This document shows positions 36,781 to 49,479 of a DNA stretch of 64,000 nucleotides, piece by piece. The stretch is from Trichosphaerium sp. ATCC 40318. Lineage: Eukaryota > Protista > Tubulinea. A program made the translations under genes and the position numbers. A model generated the notes under the pieces. It searched no databases, had not been told where the DNA came from, and saw only the letters and a program-made list of their open reading frames with translations. Numbering within the stretch: the first letter of the stretch is position 1; every line of letters begins with the position of its first letter. The stretch covers positions 62,001 to 126,000 of the forward strand of contig JALMLS010000440.1 in assembly GCA_038496445.1 (NCBI GenBank), given 5' to 3'.

Positions 36781-36996
36781 TAGAGGTGGTCGTGGTCCTA
36801 TCCTGGCTAAGATGGCTATAAAAGTCCGTAGCTGGTTAACGGGCGGCTAAGAAACTCAGCAACAAAATCGGCTATCGGCTAGCTGTTTAAAAATGTTATG
36901 TTTGATACATAGGTCCAAAGCAGCAAAAATACAAATCCCTTATTTTCCTTAGTCGCAAAAACTTAACCTGCTTTATCCGTTTAGCGACCACCTCTA
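36781..36996. mobile_element. 216-bp MITE, hAT-like
   Basis: Perfect 12-bp TIR TAGAGGTGGTCG (36781-36792) / CGACCACCTCTA (36985-36996); GGCTA subterminal repeats; flanks TTGAGTTG / AGTAGTTG match 5 of 8 (degenerate TSD); related copy at about 14385-14599. Confidence 0.75.
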
Positions 36997-37156
36997 AGTA
37001 GTTGACACTAACAAGTTGAGGTTCATCGTCTGTTGTAATAAATTTGTTTTGAAGGCTCTTAACACGTGCCTCGAGATTTTATGCGTACAGTATCATTGAA
37101 GTTAAATTTGTTTATTTATTATTTTCAAAATAAACTACACTTGGTCATCGTTATTG

Positions 37157-38010
37157 TTATTTTGTCTTGTAATCTCCTACTCGTTTATTGTTGACATAAT
37201 TACTGTGATCTATCAATTTGCCATTTTCGTCCCATTCCTTATATTCTCCTTCTTTGTAACCATCAATGTATGTACACTGCGACCTCAATTGGCCATTGGC
37301 ATGGTATTCCTTGCATACTCCATCTTCATCATTGATGTAAATAAACTCCTCCAGAAATTGGCCATTCCATTCCTTGTGTCTTTTTAGTACACCATTGATG
37401 TAATCGTACTGCACTTTTAATTGGCCGTTGAAATTATATTCCTTTTCTTCTCCATTTTTTTCACCATTGATGTAAATACAGCACTTCTGCAAAAGGCCAT
37501 TGCCATACCACGTTTTTAATTCTCCTTCTACTTTACCATTGATATAATTGCACTTAGTAACGTAGTGATAGTAAGTCCAATAGGTGTGTGCTCCTTCTCT
37601 CTTACCATTGACATAATTACTGTGCTCTTTCAATTGGCCATTTTCATACCATGTCTTATATTCTCCTTCGCGTTTACCATCAATGTATTTACACTGCTTC
37701 TTTAATTGCCCGTTGCTATGCCAGCACTTGCACTCTCCTTCTTTCTTAGCATTGAGGTAGGTAAATTTCTGTTTCAATTGGCCATTTATATACCATGTCC
37801 TATATTCTCCTTCGAGTTCACCAGCAATGTAAGTACAGTACTTGTTCAATTTTCCATTGTAATGCCATTGGCACCATCTTCCATGCTTGTTCATCTTGCT
37901 ATCAAACCTTGTGGTCAATGCTGTGTGTTTGGAAATAAGCGGCCACTTTAAATACACAAATAAGTCCAAATCGATAATATCCAACTGAATCTCAACGGGG
38001 AGGTTTAATA
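37157..38010 (-). CDS. F-box-like + MORN-variant repeat protein (start codon not evident)
   Basis: LLNLPVEIQLDIIDLDLFVYLKWPLISK..TRFD..KHGRW then about 10 repeats; an in-frame stop lies just before the leader, so it may be spliced or a young pseudogene. Confidence 0.8.
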
Positions 38011-39060
38011 GTGTTTATTTAATTGTAATTGAAGCGTTGAAGGGCACACGAAAGATGAGAATACGTGTAAGAGAGACGTGGCCTTAGTTGTAGGATAATA
38101 GCGTAATTTATTAAAAGGTCATTACATAATTCAGAGAATACATTTTAATGTTCATAATCGAGATATCATTAATCTCATGATTAAATGTAATCAGAGAATA
38201 GTAACGTATGCTGTTTCACGTTACAGTAATAAGCAAAACGAACCTTAACAACGCCTTAATGTGATTTACAACAAGTAGAAAACAAACTGACCAGTCATAA
38301 AATGCAGGTTACGTCCGATGGACAGATTGGGTTACGCAGCTGCCTGATGTATATAGTAACGTTATAGTAGGTTTTTTGGCTCAATGTAGTAGTGTCTGTA
38401 AATTATTTGTCATATTGCACAGGGAGAAAAACTGTTTTGTATGTTTTGTTTTGTTAAAAGATGTAAGTTGGGATTTTTTTTAAGATACGCGTTCACCTTT
38501 AGCACAAGCTTTCTTGGTAACAACTTTCTTGGTTGCAACTTCGTCTAACTCAACTACCTACATAAATATTAGCCACCTGTGCTTCATAATCATCCATGTT
38601 CATGAGGTCACATATGAAATCTGCAAGGACAACTACCCTCAATATACAACTTTCACCTAGCTCGAAATAATTGTACCTGTCGCTAGATTGCTCATAAACG
38701 TGATTATCAAGCTTAACCAACGTGTTATAGAGGTCCTCAATCTTGTACAATACTATTGAACCAATAGTAAGCATGTTGCCTAAGCATGAAACAAGGAATC
38801 CTTGGCTTTCAACCAGAAGCAAGAGTGATAAAAAGCGAGCATGCTCTATATAATACTCTCTGTTGTACGTAGCGATTGAATACTCATTGCCTACGCAAAA
38901 TATTAATAGAAAACAACGTACAAGTATTTGTATCTGTCACTAGATTGTGTTTCATAAAGGTGATTATCAAGCTCATCCAACGCTTTATGGAGGTCGTCAA
39001 AGGATTCCAATATGAGCGCAAGCTTTCTTGCTAACATCTCCACTTCGCTACCATTACTTC

Positions 39061-39435
39061 ACAAGTGATGGAACAAATCAAAAGAAATATGCTCGTGACA
39101 CTGCCAGAAGATGTGTCACCTTCCATAAACCGTTTAATCTACAAGTGATGGAACAAATCAAGAGAAGTATGCTCGTGACACTGCCAGAAGATGTGTCACT
39201 TTCCATAATCTGTTTAAAACTTACCATCATAAACCGTTTAATCTACAAGTGATGGAACAAATCAAGAGAAATATGCTCGCGACACTGCCAGAAGATGTGT
39301 CACTTTCCACAAACCGTTTAATCTACAAGTGATGGAACAAATCAAAAGAAATATGCTCGTGACACTGCCAGAAGATGTGTCACTTTCCATAAACCGTTTA
39401 ATCTACAAGTGATGGAACAAATCAAAAGAAATATG
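39061..39435. repeat. 80-bp minisatellite, about 4.4 copies
   Basis: Units start at 39061, 39141, 39245, 39325, 39405; unit 2 has a 24-bp insertion; internal inverted repeat GTGACAC-N11-GTGTCAC. Confidence 0.95.
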
Positions 39436-40042
39436 GTCGACACTTTATGAAAGTGCTGACTAAGATTGTTGCGCATCTTTCCTTGGTGTGCAAGGGCTTA
39501 AAAGCAGCAGCAAGCTGAAGATAAATAGCGTGACAAATAGCTGCAAGGATAGTACTGGAACTATACCAGCATATCAAGGATATCAAAGCTCCAAACAGAA
39601 AGGTACAACAGATGTGCGCTAGAACGAAACTTAATAAATGAAGAAAACAAGAAAGCCACGCACTGTTCTCCTGTAACGATATTGGCAGCATCCACCAATG
39701 GTTCATGGGCTCGTAGACGGACGGCGTCAGATTGGTTGTTCAATAGAACCACAAACAATCCCAGCCACCATAAATCTCTAGTAAGCATCAGATTGATTCG
39801 AAAGCTGGAATAAAAGGCGCGTAAACGTAAAGACTACTACCTGTGACTAAAAGAGAGCTTACTCTTATATTAGGCCAAGGTGAAGCGGAAGGAACAGTCT
39901 GATTCACAGTAATGGCGTGTACTCGCGAGTTTACGAATAAATAACAAGCTAACACTTCCAGCGAACCAGTAATAGTACACGTACATAGAGACAGTGCAGT
40001 GCTAATCCATTGAAGGGTCAGTAGGCAGTTCGGATCAGTCAT
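39422..40042 (-). pseudogene. probable degenerate multi-pass membrane protein gene
   Basis: Hydrophobic segments (LLTLQWISTALSLCTC, LWWLGLFVVLL, VSTIFLLICSIT) in different frames; runs into the minisatellite. Confidence 0.3.
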
Positions 40043-40756
40043 AGTTCGAGGAGGAGGTGCATAGATGAGTGTTGTGCCATTTTTGAGTGCTAAGCTACTT
40101 AACGTGTTATTTCACGTGAAGCGTGATTTTTAAAATGAAGAAACAAAGCAGAATGTCTCGGAGTTTATATCCGTTCTTGTTTTCAAATAAAAACAGAATT
40201 CCTTTACTTTCATTGGTACTCTACAAAACATCAAGAGATAGTTTTTAGATACATACAAATTGTTGGCTCACCTAAAAGTTTTCACGTGCAATTACATTAA
40301 AATCTTCAATTTAAAAGTGCTACGCGTCTGAATGTGGCATTATCATTTTCGGGGCAGCATGTACAGGTGATGAAATTGGAGTCGTAAACCACTTACACTG
40401 CCACAAATACAGCTAATGAGTTACACGTGAGTTTTTCAAATATTGTATATTGACGTCTATGTAGATATTACATGTTACATTGAACATGAATAAAACGAAT
40501 AGTCTCAATCTATTCAAAGGAAGATAAAGAAGAGCCTATCAAAATTCGCAGCAGTTCATACAAGTTGAGAATGAAGAACCACAGTTGCAAAGTTACTTAT
40601 AAATGCTGGTCTGTATGAACCTGTTTAAACATAAAATAAATAACACGTGATATTTAATTTACAAGAAAACTACGAAGAGAAAGTGTCAAGAAATATCCTT
40701 TTGTAATTGCAGAATTCTTTATTTTTGAATTTCTGTGGCATTCTTTTTTTGTTTTC

Positions 40757-42018
40757 TTATACTACAACAGTAGCAATAGCATCCAAAACAAGCTTGCACA
40801 TCTTTTCAGTACCCTTCTTGACGATATCACGGTGAGGATCGTACTTTCCACTTTCCATTCTACAAAACATTTAAAAAACAAAAGAAACAAGCAATAATAA
40901 CATTAACACAACGTGTAAAGACGTTTTGTCATTTCGCCCAAAAAATTAAAGCATGTAGTGGAAGAAAAAAAAATAAAACGAAAACTCGTTAAAGAGGCGA
41001 CGTTTGAACTTTATGACGTCTTGCTGTCATTAAATGTCTATTTACGCAAAGAAAAAATAGTTTACCTTTCAAAAATGTAGTTATCAGTGTTCAATATGGC
41101 ACCAGCACGGACACCTCTGATAGTTGCAATAACGTAAAGTACAGCTACTTCCATTTCAACAGCCAAAACCTTGGCTTCTTGCCAAAGCTTGTTTTGGTTG
41201 CCAAGAGGACCATCATAGAATGGACCTATACGATGTTATTTAGAAAAACGCGTTCAGGCAGTTGTAGGCCTTGTTTCAACCAAAAAAAAAAAATAAAACA
41301 TTAAAAGGTCTTTTAAGACTGTACCTTCTGTGGCGCAAAGACCTACATCAAAGACTAGATCCTTATCAGACTCCTTAGCCTTTGTAAGGGTATCCTTTAG
41401 AGCCTTGGTAATCTCAAAATCAGCAACAGCTGGGAATGACTTTGGCACCAATCTATCGGTAACACCGTCACTGCGTACAGCACCCTACAAGCGTAAGACA
41501 TAGAAACTTCACGTCAACAATGACGTACGGTAGCGATAATCAAAGCAGCTTCGCGCAAATGAGGTTGGAATGAACCGCAAGTACCAGCACGGATGATAAC
41601 CTTAGCACCGCATTGGATGAGCTCTTCGAAGCACATAGAAGCACCACCGCCACCAATACCATGGGAGGCAACAGTAACTAAGGAAATTGAGCGATTCAGT
41701 GTCTAAAACAAATAGAGTGTATGAAAAACTACGTTCCACGCATCACAGGTGAGCGTGAAGCAGTTCGCAGTGTTTGAGTGTTTTGATGTTTGTAATTACG
41801 CTACATACCTGGAACACCGTTGTATGTTCCTGTGTAAGTGGAATACTCACGGTTTTGAGCGACAAGCTTCATATCCTAAGAATTAGCGTTTAGTATCGCG
41901 TTTTGTGATATATTGTTACCTTCATATGACTTGCTACAATCTTAGCTCTGGCTGGGTCGCCAACTACGACAACGCGTTCAGCGATCATACCTTTCTCAAT
42001 TTTCATAGCTCCACTCAT
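40757..42018 (-). CDS. uridine / purine nucleoside phosphorylase (NP-I, PNP_UDP_1 family)
   Basis: VVVGDPARA, NREYSTYTG, SHGIGGGGASMCFEEL, IIRAGTCGS, GAVRSDG, AVEMEVA across exons. Confidence 0.93.
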
Positions 42019-42269
42019 TATTGCTGCTTTTAAACTCAAACTAGGACAAAATCTGCTGTTCAAATGACAATTTTCAACCAGAGTATTTTGTGGAGAAAAG
42101 CTTCATTTTTGTGACGGTTCGTTTAGGCCGTAATTTCCACAACACACAAAGTGTAGTTTAGTGTCCAATAGTACGTAATACAGGAGAACGACGCAATTTT
42201 AAAAGCTAGAAATTTCGTGAACCAAGCGAAATCGAAGAAAAGTCCAAACATATTCATTATATTTCAATA

Positions 42270-43510
42270 ATGCAAGGTGTTAAAGCTACCCCTTCACAAG
42301 CAACATATTTACGGTTTAATGCCACAGCTGTTTGTATTCCACATCCCGCTAAAGCACAAAGAGGAGGAGAAGACGCATTCTTTATTTCGTCAGATGGAAA
42401 GAGTCTAGGGGTTTTTGATGGCGTAGGGGGTTGGTATGTAATTATTTTTATCCTGCCTCACTGTTTTGGGCGTGGTACATTGTTGTCGTATTCTTACGCT
42501 ATTAGGAACAAGCATGGCGTTGATCCGGGCGTTTTTTCAAAGGCTCTAGCACTTGGTTGCAAAAAGGCAGCGGAAAACGGCGTAAAAAAGCCAACTGATA
42601 TGATGAAACACGCCTATAAGCTAGTAGCCGGCGTGCCTGGCTCTAGTACAGCTATAGTAATTACTCTTCAAGATGGGCGGCTCCGCAGCGCTAATATAGG
42701 TACGCGTACCTTCTGTGGTATTATCCTCGTATTTTCAGCAATTACATAAAAATTTTTACAAAATCTGAACATCAAATTCGTGTACAGTGGTACTTTTCCA
42801 ACTTTGGAGACCTAAACGCCACCGCTCATACCAAAAAAATTAAAAAAGAAAAAATAAGCGCGCTTTTTACGCGCCATTTAAAATCAATCTACGGCGCTAT
42901 TTTGTGTACACATAATACTCTTGACAGGCACAAACGCGTTAAAAGTAAAAACTGTACAAAAAGAAACAAAAAAATGACGAATTTCCTTCAATATCAATCA
43001 CTCCTAAATCTATTTCTTTTATCATACCTACAACTATACTATTAATACATACAGAGTACTTATTTTGATTTATTAGGCGATTCGGGGTTTATGCTTTTAC
43101 GACAAGACATGGAGAAGATTCACGCTTTACGATCTCATGAGCAACAACATGGGTTTAATCACCCTTACCAATTGGCTACAGTAGTACCTTCTGACCTACC
43201 AGACAATGCTGATGAGCTAGACGTTGATGTGAAGCGAGGGGATGTTATAATTTGTTACTCAGACGGATTCTCCGATAATATATACACTAGTGATGCAGTA
43301 GATATTTTAAGACGCCATTTAACGGGGTCTCCTAGTAATCCTGTTGATATTGATGGGTTTTCTAAGGAACTTGCTTTCTCTGCTTTTCAGTTGGCTTCAA
43401 AACCCGATTATGTATCTCCTTTTGTTAAGAATGCACAGGCTCAAGGTTATGATAGAGTATCGGGTGGTAAAATGGATGATATAACTGTTATTGCTGGTTA
43501 TATTTACTGA
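42270..43510 (+). CDS. PTC7-type protein phosphatase 2C
   Basis: IPHPAKAQRGGEDAFF, GVFDGVGGW, GSSTA, ANIGDSG (split by intron), EQQHGFNHPYQL, SDGFSDN, GGKMDDITV. Confidence 0.93.
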
Positions 43511-44840
43511 GGATTGGGAGGAACTAGAGAAAGACGAAGAACATTTTTTTCTTGGCGTTTTTTTTTTCTTCAGCAAAAAAGGAGGAAAACGAAGACTGAC
43601 GAACTCTTACTTGCCTTCGTGTCAAATGGCTTTTAATTTTAATTTTGACATGATAAAAACAAAGAGGTGATAGAGATTTGGGGGTCGGTTTTAAGAAAAA
43701 AGTTTCTTTGGAGGGGAGGGGATTAATTAATAATAATTTAATTTTGGTTTTGTAATTTTGGGAAAAAAAAAAAAGAATTTAAACTTGTAACATTGACAAA
43801 TTGTATGAAAATAAAAACACACTGAACTTTTATAAATAACATAGTGTAGTACTAATACATGTTACTTGGTGTTCAGAAAATGAAAAAGAAAACGAGCAGT
43901 TGACGTCAAAGTTGATTTTTTGTCGATCAAAAATTTGATTAAAATGTTCGAGATATCACGTTATTGACTGAGCTTGTTCCGACCTTCGTAATGCGTTTGT
44001 CCGTAGGATTTATTCGCCGACGTGTCAGTGCTATGCTAAGCAAACAAACAGCACACTGATAGCTAATGGGCTTAATTGGGAATATTGAACAATAAAAACC
44101 GTCATGTTCCCGAAAATACCCTTTCTCATACGTATAGATACGCGACAATACATGAATGGCTGTTTTTGTCGTAGTTCCAAGTCTAACCAAAGAGAAACTA
44201 CTCGTTCGTTTAAAACGCCCAGTACGACATTAGATAGAAACACATGCGGAGGAGAGAAACGAACAGTCAAATAGAGTCCCAATCTTTTTGTACCCGGGTA
44301 TACTAACGCGTAGCACAGTATCGGGCTCTCGCAGCATAATATAAAAAGGTAAGAAAGGTTTGTCTTAAATAGATTTTATCTGCACAATACAAAACGCTTC
44401 AAAAACAAATCTTTTACGCATATACTTTGCTGCATGTTCATTCATACGTAATTTTCGAAAAGTCGTTTCAATGGCGCGTACTTTCGTCTTTATCGACTTA
44501 GTACTTGTATGAGCGCTACCAATTGCGTCCAAATTTGCACAGAATAGCGAGAGGAGTAATACAAAGGCGGTTCGGCGTCGAAAATTTTTGACTTTTGATT
44601 TTCTAAAAACCACGCAGAACTCACTTGGCAATCACCAAGCCCGCAAGTATTACTCATTTACGCTTTAAAAATATTATTGGTCATACGACACACCTATTTT
44701 GATCTCTTTTAAACGTTCTTAATCGAAAAACCAAAAACACAATCGAAAAAAAATGACAGACCGACCAGTACGCTTTCACCTCCTTTAATATTACGCTTGA
44801 CGTATTTGTACATTCTTCTAACACGTTTTGATTTACAAAA

Positions 44841-47800
44841 GGATACTATCTCTCTAACTAATTCAATGGAAGCGCTACTAGGTGTGCGTACCATTTTATT
44901 CATAAAACCCGCTAGTTGGTTAGTTGTACTGACGTTTTGATCAAAAAGGTGGCACGAGCTGCGAAAAAGTTTAAAATTAGTATAAACAGCGACCAAACTG
45001 ACGCAGATGATGGGATAAGCGTAGAGTCGCAAGCTGAAGTGTACATTTTTTTTTTGTTTTTTTACGCAAGTTCTTCTTGATTGATTGTTTTTTTTTCTCG
45101 TTTTTCGGTTTTGTTCCTCATACTCAAGGTGTTTACATTTTAAAATTAGGTCTCGTGATGCCCGTACTATTTGGGGAGCTGTGAGGAATGGTAATATAGA
45201 CAATATTAGTGCTCTAATTAAAACCAAAGGAGAAATGTAAGAATTATGAATTTTGTAGGTTTTTTTTGTATGTTTTTACTCACGTGCTGTTTAGTATCCT
45301 TTCGTCTCGCGGTTCTGTTGGTGAGTCTCCAATACATTCTAGTTTATTATATGGTAAGTTGGTTTTTATTTATGTTATTGTTGAGCAGCGACAGCTCAAA
45401 AGATAGTTTCTTATTTTCTTTTCTGATTTTCGGAATTTTTTTATTTCTATTCTCACGTGTCTCTGAAGGTAACCAACATGTTGCGAAATGGCTTATTGAA
45501 AACTATCCAAATCTTATTGACCAGGTGCGTAGAAATTATATTAAAATACAAGTGATATTAGGAGCGGTTACTCTAATCACGTTTTTTTTATAGACATACG
45601 GCAAGGGTATTTACAAAGGAGAGAATCTACTTCATATCGCTATTGTGAATAAGGATTATGATATGGTAAAATTCCTTGTTGAGCGTAGTCCTGAGTTACT
45701 CAAAGGAAAAGCTACTGGGTCATTTTTTCAAGTAGGCACACCATGCTACTATGGCGAAGTAAGTTTTTTTTTTTTTGAGCTCTTTGTGCTCTTTCTGATT
45801 TCAGGCGTTACTATCACTTTTATTAATATATATCGGTTTCGTGTATTTTAACGGCATTAGTATCCATTGTTTTTCGCTGCATGTACAAATCAGAGAAAGA
45901 TATTTAAATACCTTGTGTCTAAGGGTATGTTTTTATTTGTTATTTTTACTTGATCTCACGTGGTTTTTCTTTGGCTTCAGGCGCCGAATTACTTGCTGTT
46001 GATGGTAATGGAAACAATATATTACATTTGGCTGTACTTCGTAAATTGGTTGGTATGTTTACGTACATACAAGAGTACTTGAAAGATGAAATTAAAAAAG
46101 ACAAATCAAAAGAGGTACAGTTTTTTGCATGTTGCTTTTTTCGGCATCTTTCTAACAAAGTCGATAAACCTGCGTTATGGATGGCGTTTTAATCCTATAA
46201 TTAGAAAGATTATTCATTGTGGAAACATAAAAATCATGCTAAGATGACACCTTTCACACTTGCAGCACAGACAGGTTCGTTTTTTTGGTGTTTCTTTTTT
46301 ATTTATTTGTTTTTTTTGTAGGTTCGAAAGATATGTTTGCGTTCCTTCTTGAGCAGTCAAAACAGCTTGAATGGAAATATGGAGCTGTTAGTAGTTATAC
46401 ATATTGTTTGGAAGAAGTTGACACTCCGTTTGATCACTCAGCAACACCAGGTACTTAACGTCTTCTGAATTCTCTATTCAATTTTATTTCGTTCGGAGTT
46501 ATTCCGATCCACTTCTAACAAACACCCAAGGCGCGCTTCAACTTATCGTAGAAAATGAGCATGTTGAATTACTTATGCTGCCGAAAATAAAAGGATTACT
46601 TCAGAAAAAATGGGACAGGTTTGATTAGATTTGCATGAACATTTGATTTATTTAATTCTTTTTTATAGGTTTATCGGCGGTATGTTTAGCCAAATGTTGG
46701 TACGTTATTGTGTTTGGTGATTTGATGATATTTAATAAATACTAACATGGTAATAGTTGCTTGTCTTGGGTTACCTTCTATTGGTATGATGGTTTTTAAC
46801 CAACAAAGAGCTTGCTGACAATTAACTGTTATAGTTTTGGGTTGCCACAATTTTACGCACAGAGGACTACGAACAGTTCTCAAATATGTTCATAATAAAG
46901 TACGTAAACATCGCTAAAAAGGGAATACACATATCATAAAAATCGTGGAGAATCACGTGCTTTCCCAAGAAAAACTCATGTCGTTTTGTTAACTCTCCAC
47001 TAAACCTTTTCCTCTAGAACTATTGTAGAGGTGTTAGTTGTTGCAGGTGCAATGTACAAAGGGGCACGTGAATTTCAAGAAATGATGGAAGATGGAGTCC
47101 GTATGTTATTATACTTGTTGATTCCAGTACCTAATCAATATTTAGAGTTGTACTGGTCTCGTACAGGCGCTTGGTTTTTGGGTATTACTTTTTTTTTGAA
47201 CAGAGTTTGAGGTTTATGCTTTTTACTTGTAGAGAATCTATTGAGTTGGTGCTTTTGTTGTACTATTCTAATCACAGCATTAATGAGAGTATTCAAGTCT
47301 GAGTATGAAGATGCTGGGTATATCTTTGGATCATTATTTGGTTGGTCGTACATGTACGATTTTATTTTTCCTCATGTTTTATTTGTTGATGTTTGGTTAC
47401 TAGGTTGTTTTTCTTTCTTGGTTTCAGATTGACAGGACCTTTCGTTGTTGTAATTTGGAAGATGTTAACAGCAGATGTTGTTCGATTCGGTGTTATCTTT
47501 ACAGTGTTCCTACAAGGGTTCTCCCAAGGTACACAAAAAAGTTACCAAAAAAAGGGTTACATTTTAACTTTATTCGTTTATTAACGATCTTCTTGTAGCT
47601 TTTTATGTTGCTTTTTCGAATCAAGGTCTCTTTGAATTTGGTCAACGTGTGAAATTGTGTTTCATGGCTATGCTTGTACGTCACTCCTTGCATCTCGGAT
47701 TTTTATTGCTCTGAAAAAAGTTTCAAAGAAGAAGAGCTCTTGTTCTTTGTTTGTCTCTCTTCTCAAAACAAACTTTGCACGTGCACACATGGATTGTGGT

Positions 47801-48414
47801 TGAAAAATGGAATCATGCTTTTCTTGAAAATATATCTATCTAACACGTGAAATTTAAAGGGTGGTTTTGAGTTTGATGATTACATGGATACAAAATATCC
47901 TGTTTTAAATGTTAGTCTATTGGTTGTATACATTATTGTTGTTTCAATCCTTCTACTTAACATGTTAATCGCAATGATGGGTGATACATATGCCAATGTA
48001 ATTGGTGAAGCTGATATTCAATGGCACTTGGAGGTAAGCGCCCACTTGACTGTCTCGCTTAAAATACATCTACAACATCAGTTTGCTTTGTTGGGATTCG
48101 TCTTTATTTCTTTTTGTACTCACAATTATCACTTTAGTGGGCTAGGATTATATTGAGTCTTGAGAATGAAATGACTGAAGCAGAGAGGAAATTAAAGAAG
48201 AACAAGTATTGGACAGAGATTGACGGCAAGAGGTAAAAATCAATCTCGCTTTTTCCAAATTCCTTCTTTTTGTTTTTCTTCTTTCTCATACATTAAGCGC
48301 CATTCTAAACCCTGTTTTAGGCATCTAATGATACAAGAGGTTGATGAAGATTACTTTTTAAGCGGTGAAGAAGATGAGGAACCAAAAGACAGCGTAAACG
48401 AATCAACTGAATAA
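44841..48414 (+). CDS. TRPV-type ankyrin-repeat cation channel (additional 5' exons probably extend to about 44100)
   Basis: RGSVGESPIH, YKGENLLHIAIVN, ATGSFF..CYYGEYPLFFAACTNQ, DGNGNNILH, TPFTLAA, EWKYG, LLQKKW, FRLTGPFVVVIWKMLTADVVRF, LLNMLIAMMGDTY, W..ARIILSLE. Confidence 0.92.
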
Positions 48415-48619
48415 AAAGCTTTCAACAAAGCATTTGAACCCAAATAAAAACACTTTTAATATTCAAACACGTACTGGCTCTCCTGACAACTTTATCCGCC
48501 ATAAACCAATAGAACGCAATGGTTGAGAAGTTCAAGCAAGTCATGCTAGGTAGAACTGGCTTTAAGTCTTGTACTGAACTTAACTTGCGCCTTTTTGGTT
48601 TTTTTTGCAAACAACAACA

Positions 48620-49479
48620 ATGACAGACGCGGAATATGTTTTTAATGGAAAGGGTGAATCTAAAGCAAGTTTAAGTTTTAAAAACGATCGGTTTCATTTT
48701 ATAGTGTTTGAAGACAACTGGGATTCTTATCCTTACATGAACAAGATGAGTTACGATATTTCTGGAGGGTTTAACGAAGTTGATGGAAAATACAGCCTAT
48801 CGGTTGAATCAATGGATTATATATACTCTATGCAGGATGAAATGAGTGCTATAGCAGAAACAACGCAAGTACAGGTTAAACAAGTACGTTGTCTAAAAAT
48901 AGTCAATTCCTACAACAAAAGGTCAAATTCAACGAAAAAAAACCGCTTCAATGTTGATTAAAGTTTGCGCTTGTTGTTATGTCCTTGAACTGATGATGCA
49001 GTCAAGTATATCCAATTGGATGTTTTATACATCTTTAGGTATACTAAGCCTTGTTGAATTAATATTCAGGTCGGCAGACAACTAACACTCGCTTAATCTG
49101 ATTTTTTTTTGTGTTTTTGCAGATAAAATTTGCTGACTTACATCTTCAGGTATCTTCATCAAAGCTTTCTTCTATAAAACCAATGTCTTCTTTCGCTTCA
49201 GATAAAGTCAAAGTAGTCGATAGATCTACTCTAAGATCGACATATAACTTTTGTAAGGGGATGAAGCTGTACTTTAGTAATCAAGAAGGCGAACTTATAA
49301 ACAAATACAATGCCTTTGTAAAGGAGGGATCACTTTCTATTGAGGTTATTGACAATGGTGATAAAACAATCACATGTAATTGGAGTCGGTTTGAAAAGCT
49401 GTTTACAGATATATCACTGCTTGGTAATGACATAAAGAATGGTTTGATACAAGACACATTTGTGATGAAAAAGATGTAA
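48620..49479 (+). CDS. hypothetical protein (multi-exon)
   Basis: Coding-like ORFs 48620-48883 and 49123-49479 bounded by GTACGT donor and polypyrimidine-CAG acceptor. Confidence 0.6.

Noticed and set aside
39061-39435. CRISPR-like array (repeats with hairpin)
   Set aside because: Units are wholly repeated with no unique spacers; eukaryotic context; no cas genes
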